From contig CAWDVP010000001.1 of the NCBI GenBank assembly GCA_963805945.1, positions 64,001 to 128,000 on the forward strand: a DNA stretch of 64,000 nt, given 5' to 3'. Made by a program: the position numbers and the translations under genes. Of the stretch, positions 58,175-64,000 are shown piece by piece. This stretch comes from Vulcanimicrobiota bacterium (GTDB taxonomy: Bacteria; Vulcanimicrobiota; Vulcanimicrobiia; Eremiobacterales; Eremiobacteraceae). The notes beneath the pieces were generated by a model. That model did not search any database. It worked only from the letters and a program-made list of their open reading frames with translations, and was not told where the DNA came from. Position 1 is the first letter of the stretch, and each line of letters starts with the position of its first letter.

Positions 58175-59548
58175 ACGCCCACACCCATCTCGAGCAGGGC
58201 CGGGGCGACCTCGCCCCTATGCCGGAAGACCCGCGCGAGGTCGGCGCGCACCATCGGCAGCGCCACGTCCGACAGTGGTGCGAGCGGCAGCCCATAGGTC
58301 ACGCGATCTTCCACCAGAGTCCCTTCGCCGTCTCGCGTAAAGCGATGTTCGTGCCGCCACACCTCATACGGGCCTCGCAGCTGATGATCCACAAAGCGAG
58401 CGCCCGGCTGCCAGTCGCTGATCAACGTCTTCCACCGAACCGGCACGCCGCGCACGCGCAGCGCGTACTCGATGATGGCGCCGCGTCGCATCGCGATCGG
58501 CTGCGGCGTGCGCATCCGGAAGTCGAGGTCCTGCGGCGTCATACGCGCGAGATTGCGCGCATCCGCGAAGAATCCGAAGACGGTCTCGATCGGTGCGTCA
58601 AAGCGCATGGACGATCCTAGCGTCTGCAGCGCGGGCGTTCGTCCGGTTCCCGGCGCGAGGATGTCGAGCAGCGCTTGCTCGAGCAGCTCGTGCTTGAACG
58701 CGAACCCGGCCGCAAGCGCGGCGTCGGGCAGCACGAGCTGGCTCGACCAACAGCGATGAGGCGAATTCTCCCAGCACGAGATACAGCGCCGGCGCCGGCG
58801 CGAACGCGAGCGACGGCCGTCCGAGCGCATGCCCGAGCGCTCGTGCGAAGCGCGCGCTCGTCGCCACGTCCGGCGAGACGGCGTTGATCGGCCCCTTCAA
58901 CCCGTTGTCCAAGGCGAACAGGAAGAGCGCGACGTCGTCATCGAGATGGATCCACGGCGCCCATTGGGTGCCATTGCCGAACGGTCCGCCCACGAACGCA
59001 CGGAAGGGCGCCAGCATCGGTGCAAGCGCGCCGCCGCCCGGACCGTAGACGAGACCCTGGCGAAGCACCGCGACCCGGATGCCGAGCCGCTCGGCGGCGA
59101 ACGATTCGGTCTCCCATGCGGCGCACACATCCGCGAGAAAGCCTTGACCCGGCAGACTTGATTCCACAAGCGGTGCGTCGCCGCGTTCGCCGTAATACCC
59201 CACCGCACTCGCGGCGATGAGCGCGCGCGGCCTGTTCGCGCACGCCGCGAGCGACGCCACGACGGCGCGCGTGCCGTGCTCCCGCGACTCGAGAATGGCT
59301 CGCTTCTTCTCCGGCGTCCAACGTCCGGCCACCGATTCACCGGCGAGATGGATGACTGCGTCCGCGCCTTCGTACGGTGACGGGTCCGGTGGTGCGCCGG
59401 CGTCGAACCGCAGCACGCGCACGGCGGCCGGGAAGTCCGCCCCGGCGGGAGTCCGCACGAGCGCCGTCACGACGTCGCCGCGCGCCGTGAGCGCGGCGAC
59501 GATCGCTGTGCCGATGAAGCCCGTGGCGCCGGTGACGACCACTTTCAT
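58171..59548 (-). CDS. TIGR01777 (YfcH-like) epimerase fused to C-terminal SRPBCC domain (frameshift near 58745)
   Basis: TGATGFIG, HLAGE, SAVGYYG, PWIHLDD; then FFADARNL..MTP, GPY..WRHEH. Confidence 0.8.
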
Positions 59549-59659
59549 GCTTGGGACCGCATGCGCTTCGCCTTCGCCATAGAGCACTTCCCGCTTGCCT
59601 GCTTTCGCATAGGAAAGGGCGATCGGATGAGACGAAGCCGACACGCGGAGGTCGACGCC

Positions 59660-60160
59660 ATGCTCCTCGCCATCATACTCAGCCTGGTGCTCACGAGCTC
59701 GACGTTCACCGCAGGCGGCACGATCCCGGTGCGCGCGGTGTACAACGGATATGGATGCGCCGGCCAGAACATTCTGCCGAACCTCGCGTGGTCCGGTGCG
59801 CCTGCGGGCACGCGCAGCTTCGCGCTCACCGCGTTCGATCCGGATGCGCCTGCGCCCGGGGGCTGGTGGCATTGGGTGGCTTTCGACATTCCGGCTCACA
59901 CGGCCGGGCTCGGTGCGGCCTCTGAGGACGAAGCAAAGGCGGCCGGCACGACCTACGGCGTCAACAGTTTCGGCAAGCGAGCCTACGATGGACCATGTCC
60001 GCCGCCCGGCCGCCCGCATCACTACGTCTTCACGCTCTATGCCCTCGACGTCAGCTCCGTGTCCGGCGCAGGGCCGCGCACGACCGGCCCCGAGCTGAGC
60101 ACGTTGATCGAGCGCCACGTGCTCGGCACGACGACGTTGACAGGACTCTACGGCCGGTAG
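59660..60160 (+). CDS. YbhB/YbcL (PEBP) family protein
   Basis: GGAGG RBS; DPDAP, WWHWV, GPCPP, HHYVF. Confidence 0.92.
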   Translation: MLLAIILSLVLTSSTFTAGGTIPVRAVYNGYGCAGQNILPNLAWSGAPAGTRSFALTAFDPDAPAPGGWWHWVAFDIPAHTAGLGAASEDEAKAAGTTYGVNSFGKRAYDGPCPPPGRPHHYVFTLYALDVSSVSGAGPRTTGPELSTLIERHVLGTTTLTGLYGR

Positions 60161-60204
60161 AGGTCGCATCGCCACACGGGCTCGAAAGGCGGCGCGTGGC
60201 CAAG

Positions 60205-60798
60205 ATGACGAGGATCTACACGCGCGCCGGCGACGCCGGGGAGACCGGTCTCGTCGGCGGTCAGCGTATCCCGAAAGACGCCTTGCGGATCGAGTGTTTC
60301 GGCGACATCGACGAGTGCTCGAGCCTCATCGGCCTCGCGCGCACGGCGCTCGCGGCGGATCTCGCGCAGGGTGCGGCGTTGGGGACGTTCGACGCGTGGC
60401 TCGGGTGGACGCAGGATGCGCTCTTCAATCTCGGCAGCGATCTTGCCACGCTCCCCAAAGATCGTCGCGACACGATGCCGCGCATCGGGCCGGCCGACGT
60501 GAAGGCGCTCGAATCAGCGATCGATGCAGCGCAGGCGGGATTGCCGCCGCTCGACTCGTTCATCCACCCAGGCGGCTCGTCGCCCGGCGCGTTTCTGCAT
60601 CTGGCACGAGCGGTTTGCCGGAGGGCGGAGCGTCACATCGTCAGGCTCTCGCACAGCGAACCGGTGGAACCGGTCGTGCTCGAGTACGTCAACCGGCTTT
60701 CGGACGCGCTTTTCGTGTGGGCGCGCTATGTCAACTATGCACGAGATGCTGCTGAGCGCCGCTGGAACCCGGACTCCCGGCCACCCGATTCTTTCTGA
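60205..60798 (+). CDS. pduO: PduO-type ATP:cob(I)alamin adenosyltransferase
   Basis: IYTRAGDAGET, GDIDE, CRRAER, NRLSDALF. Confidence 0.92.
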   Translation: MTRIYTRAGDAGETGLVGGQRIPKDALRIECFGDIDECSSLIGLARTALAADLAQGAALGTFDAWLGWTQDALFNLGSDLATLPKDRRDTMPRIGPADVKALESAIDAAQAGLPPLDSFIHPGGSSPGAFLHLARAVCRRAERHIVRLSHSEPVEPVVLEYVNRLSDALFVWARYVNYARDAAERRWNPDSRPPDSF

Positions 60799-61912
60799 GG
60801 TTGAGCACCCGCTCGAACACGCCGATCGTCTGCGACGCGGTGACTTCCCATGTCATGAGCGCGGCGCGGCGCCGTCCGAGTTCGCGCAGGTTGTCGGCGA
60901 GCTCGTCTTCCGATAGGACCAGCATGAGCGCATTGGCGAGCGCGTCGGCGTCGCCGCTCGGGAAATACAGCGCGGCATCACCGCCGGCCTCGGGTATGCC
61001 GGCCGCGTCCGACGCGATCACCGGCGCGCCGTACGCCATCGCCTCGAGCACGGGCAGGCCGAAACCTTCATAGCGGGATGGATACACGACGGCACGCGCA
61101 TGCGCGTAGAGCGACGCGAGCACGCTGTCGGAGACGTGGCCGAGATAACGGATGGGTGCGCCCGTCGAATGCATGGTGCGGCTGCTCGACGGTCGACTGA
61201 AGTCGAACGCTCCATCATCGCCGCGCACCTGCCGATTGAAGTCGACCGCTGCGGGCACAGCCGAATCGCCGACGCGCCGCCCGGCGACGACGAGCGTCGG
61301 CGGATCGGTCATCTTCGCGAGCGCGGCCTCCAAGATATCGAGCCCTTTGCGCGGCTCGGTCTCGCCCACCAAGAGGATGAAGGGATCGGCGATCGGCGGC
61401 GGCCCCGGAGCGACCCGGATGGGATCGACGCCGAGGTGGACGACGTCGATGCGCCCGGGTTCGATGTTGAGATGGCGCACCAGCTCGCCTTTGGAGAAGT
61501 GCGAGTCCGTGATGATGTGGTTCGCGGTGGCCGCGGCGACGCGGAAGGGCCGTTGTTCGCGCTCTTTGACCTCCGGATTCTCCGGCGGCATGGCGAAGAG
61601 CGACGCGTCGTGCAGCGTCGCGACGCTGATGCCCGGCGCGATCCAGCTGATGCCGTTCCACGGGAACCAGACGAGGTCGAATGATTTCGCCGAGACGGCG
61701 CCGCGATGCACCGCCGGCAGGGCGAGCCCGCCGATCTCCTGTCGATAGCGCGCCGCGTGCAGCAGCGGCGGCCACTCGGGGATGATGAGCGTGATGGCGA
61801 CGTTGTCGCGGCTATAGCCGGACCAGCAGCGCAGCATGGCCCGCGTGTAGCGGCCGATGCCGCGATGATCGCCCGGGAGATTCCAAGCGTCGACGCCGAT
61901 GTGCAATGGCAA
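60731..61912 (-). CDS. Glycosyltransferase family 4 (GT-B)
   Basis: GIGRY, TLHD, PRKG, PSRYEGFGLPVLEAM. Confidence 0.92.
   Translation of the reverse strand: MPLHIGVDAWNLPGDHRGIGRYTRAMLRCWSGYSRDNVAITLIIPEWPPLLHAARYRQEIGGLALPAVHRGAVSAKSFDLVWFPWNGISWIAPGISVATLHDASLFAMPPENPEVKEREQRPFRVAAATANHIITDSHFSKGELVRHLNIEPGRIDVVHLGVDPIRVAPGPPPIADPFILLVGETEPRKGLDILEAALAKMTDPPTLVVAGRRVGDSAVPAAVDFNRQVRGDDGAFDFSRPSSSRTMHSTGAPIRYLGHVSDSVLASLYAHARAVVYPSRYEGFGLPVLEAMAYGAPVIASDAAGIPEAGGDAALYFPSGDADALANALMLVLSEDELADNLRELGRRRAALMTWEVTASQTIGVFERVLNLRKNRVAGSPGSSGAQQHLVHS
61190..61252 (-). repeat. Two subfamily A REP-like copies inside the GT4 gene (second degenerate)
   Basis: CGGTCGAC-TGAA-GTCGAACG-CTCCAT (61190-61215) and CCGAT-TGAA-GTCGACCGCTGC (61232-61252). 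Confidence 0.7.
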
Positions 61913-61965
61913 GCGATTTCACCTCGTGCGGAGGGTGATGAGGTTTTGACGCACAATTCGACCGG

Positions 61966-62868
61966 GTGCCGAGTACTCCCCGTGTCGTCGCTCACATGAT
62001 AGTCGGTCGCAAGATCGAGCCGTATCTGGGCGATGCGCTGGTCTCGCTCGCCGGTGTCTGCGATCACGCTGTGATCAACGACAACTCCAGCCTCGAAGAA
62101 CCGCCCAATGAGGCGGCGATCCTCGCCAGTCCCTTCGCCAAAAGCGGACGCCTGACACACCTGCACACCCGCTTCGTCGATTTCGCCGGTGCGCGCAACG
62201 CCTGCATCGATGCGACGCCGGTCACGTTTAGCGGTCAGTGGGCCCTATTCGCCGATGCGGACGAGGTGCATGGCGACGAACTGGCGGCGATGGCGGCAGT
62301 CCTGCCGCGTCTGCCGCCCGACGTCGACACGCTCGACGGCTACTCCCGGAACTTCATCGGCTCTTTTTGCTATTGGAACACGCTCCATCGACGTTTACGC
62401 TTCTTCCGGCTGACAGCGCAACGCCGCTGGGAAGGCAGCGTGCACGAGCGCCTCAGCGACCTGCGGCGGCGTGAAGCGGTCCCCGCCATCGGCGCGCACT
62501 ACGGCCATGTGTGCACGCCGGAAAGCGAAGTCGAGCGCGAGCGGCTTTACAAGACGCTCGGTCAGCCGCGGACGCTCTTGGACCGCGCGTCGGTCGAGCA
62601 CGTCAGCCCAGCGCTCGTGTGGGGCGATTGGCTGCGCGATGCGCTTCCGTTCACGGGCCGGCATCCGCCCGCGGTGCTCGAGACGATCGCGCTGCTCAGC
62701 CCGCAGTGGGCGGACACCTTCGCCGAGGTGGATCGTATCGTCGCATCGCAGAGCCCGGTCGATCGCGTGCGCAATCAGTTCCGCAAGGCGGACTATAGCC
62801 GGCTGCTGTTGTTCCGCACGGCGCAAGCAAGGCTGCGCTGGGGATACCACGAAACGCACTCTCGATGA
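61966..62868 (+). CDS. Glycosyltransferase family 2 (KdtX/WaaE-like)
   Basis: DFAGARN, DADE, WEGSVHE, HYG. Confidence 0.8.
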   Translation: MPSTPRVVAHMIVGRKIEPYLGDALVSLAGVCDHAVINDNSSLEEPPNEAAILASPFAKSGRLTHLHTRFVDFAGARNACIDATPVTFSGQWALFADADEVHGDELAAMAAVLPRLPPDVDTLDGYSRNFIGSFCYWNTLHRRLRFFRLTAQRRWEGSVHERLSDLRRREAVPAIGAHYGHVCTPESEVERERLYKTLGQPRTLLDRASVEHVSPALVWGDWLRDALPFTGRHPPAVLETIALLSPQWADTFAEVDRIVASQSPVDRVRNQFRKADYSRLLLFRTAQARLRWGYHETHSR

Positions 62869-63431
62869 AGTCGACTCTACGCATGCACCGAACTTCTCTC
62901 TTCGCCCTGACCGCCTGTGCCGTTCTGATGCTCGCCGTGACGGCGAGCGCGGCGACGTCGCCGCCCGGCCCCGGCAAGGCGCCTGACCTCTTGTCCGGCA
63001 AGGAACTCGTCATCGGCGGCGCGGTCGGCGGCGGCCCGTTGCCGAGCGGCGCGAGCGGGCACCACGTGGCGTGGAACGCCAGCGTGGAGCTCACCGAGCA
63101 CGACGCATTTCTCGTGTCGAACGGCGCGTGCGCGTTCAACATCTCATACGAGCTGTTCAACGTGGGCCCGGTCGACGCCACCGGTCCGTTCAAGAACGTC
63201 ATCCGCAGCGACGCGAGCACGGTGAGCACGCAGTCGGCGTTGTCGCAGGCGGCGAACACGCACCGCACGATCAGCACGCAGGCCTACCTTTCGCCGGGTT
63301 CGCACTTGCTCAGCATCGCGCTCGACGACGGCCACGTGGTCCCGGAGTCGAATGAGATGAACAACTACTACGCTATCAGGTACACGCTGGGCGGGAAGTG
63401 CGGCAAAGCGCCGGTGACGCCGGCGCACTGA
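62865..63431 (+). CDS. Secreted CARDB/Ig-like domain protein
   Basis: Signal peptide; N.G...A; D....V.ESNE.NN motif. Alternative start at 62883. Confidence 0.75.
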   Translation: MKSTLRMHRTSLFALTACAVLMLAVTASAATSPPGPGKAPDLLSGKELVIGGAVGGGPLPSGASGHHVAWNASVELTEHDAFLVSNGACAFNISYELFNVGPVDATGPFKNVIRSDASTVSTQSALSQAANTHRTISTQAYLSPGSHLLSIALDDGHVVPESNEMNNYYAIRYTLGGKCGKAPVTPAH

Positions 63432-63494
63432 CGCGCTCTCGCCGCATCGCGCGCGCACGCAGGAAACCGCAGGCGAGCGCGCAAGCATCCGGCC

Positions 63495-63911
63495 ATGGAA
63501 CCACTCGACCTCACCAAAGCGCCACCGCGCAGCCCGAAAGAGCGGCTCGACGGCCTGCTCATGATGCCGCGTACGATCGATAAGATGCGTGCCACGCTGC
63601 CCGGCGGGAACATCGGCGGCTACAAGATCCCTGGTTATAGCGCTCGCATGATGGAGATGCTCGGCGTCCGGGAGGCTGATCTGCTCGCGGAGGTGCGGCG
63701 CGCCTCCAGTGAAGCGGAGATCGCGGCCTGGGTGCGCTCACACGCGGACCCCGCCAAGTATGACGAGATCAACCGTTATTTCGAAGGGCTCACGTTCGAC
63801 GGCGTGAAGGACAAAGACGCCTTCGATCTGCGCTACCCGGCCCGCAAGAGGCTCGGCCTTACCAGTCTGCTCGACGTGCTCGACGCCGATGACCTCGAGT
63901 CGTTCGCCTAG
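63495..63911 (+). CDS. DUF5069 family protein
   Basis: DLT..PPRSP...L.GL...PR.IDK.RA. Confidence 0.85.
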   Translation: MEPLDLTKAPPRSPKERLDGLLMMPRTIDKMRATLPGGNIGGYKIPGYSARMMEMLGVREADLLAEVRRASSEAEIAAWVRSHADPAKYDEINRYFEGLTFDGVKDKDAFDLRYPARKRLGLTSLLDVLDADDLESFA

Positions 63912-64000
63912 GTCTTCTGCAGCCGCGCTAGCCGCGTTTTGATGTCGCCGGCCGAGCAGCCGGCGACGCGGAAGAGCTTGTCTTTCGATCTCGCCCCGCG
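63908..64000 (-). CDS. 3' end of a CDS, possibly DUF167/YggU
   Basis: Open frame RGARSKDKLFRVAG...KT* running in from the window edge. Confidence 0.45.
   Translation of the reverse strand, partial: RGARSKDKLFRVAGCSAGDIKTRLARLQKT

Noticed and set aside
22560..58760. Frameshifts in ten genes (about ten within 40.3-42.4 kb alone) as pseudogenisation or programmed frameshifting
   Set aside because: They are single-base indels, some in homopolymers, with motifs intact on both sides and no nonsense decay, and they hit housekeeping genes such as fumC. Long-read consensus error is the simplest explanation; read polishing would decide.
60731..60798. 68-bp convergent overlap of pduO and GT4
   Set aside because: A non-conserved-looking tail from a late stop; common in GC-rich genomes.

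Overview
GC-rich bacterial chromosomal window with about 55 tightly packed CDSs. The cell is diderm (TonB-dependent receptor, alpha-2-macroglobulin/PbpC). The many secreted proteins with Pro/Ser/Thr linkers suggest Ca. Eremiobacterota or a similar soil lineage (inference only). I saw no rRNA, tRNA, CRISPR array, integrase or transposase. Recognisable genes include an AdnAB-like tandem helicase-nuclease pair, fumC, proline dehydrogenase, mgsA, pduO, pbpC, alpha-2-macroglobulin, a GMC oxidoreductase, TMEM175 and several transporters. Ten genes between 22.5 and 59 kb carry single-base frameshifts, most likely long-read indel errors. Two signals stand out. (1) About 22 short G(T/G)AG-headed palindromes (REP-like, three subfamilies, covarying stems). 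Many lie in frame inside proteins, overlap start or stop codons, or bracket one or two genes as perfect direct or inverted repeats. (2) A minus-strand operon coupling a methylthioxylulose-5-P methylsulfurylase-like cupin, a MesD-like folate-independent methionine synthase and two polyol-type Zn dehydrogenases. This may be a methylthio-sugar salvage route that needs no RuBisCO-like protein. All family assignments come from motif recognition by eye and need HMM/BLAST confirmation.
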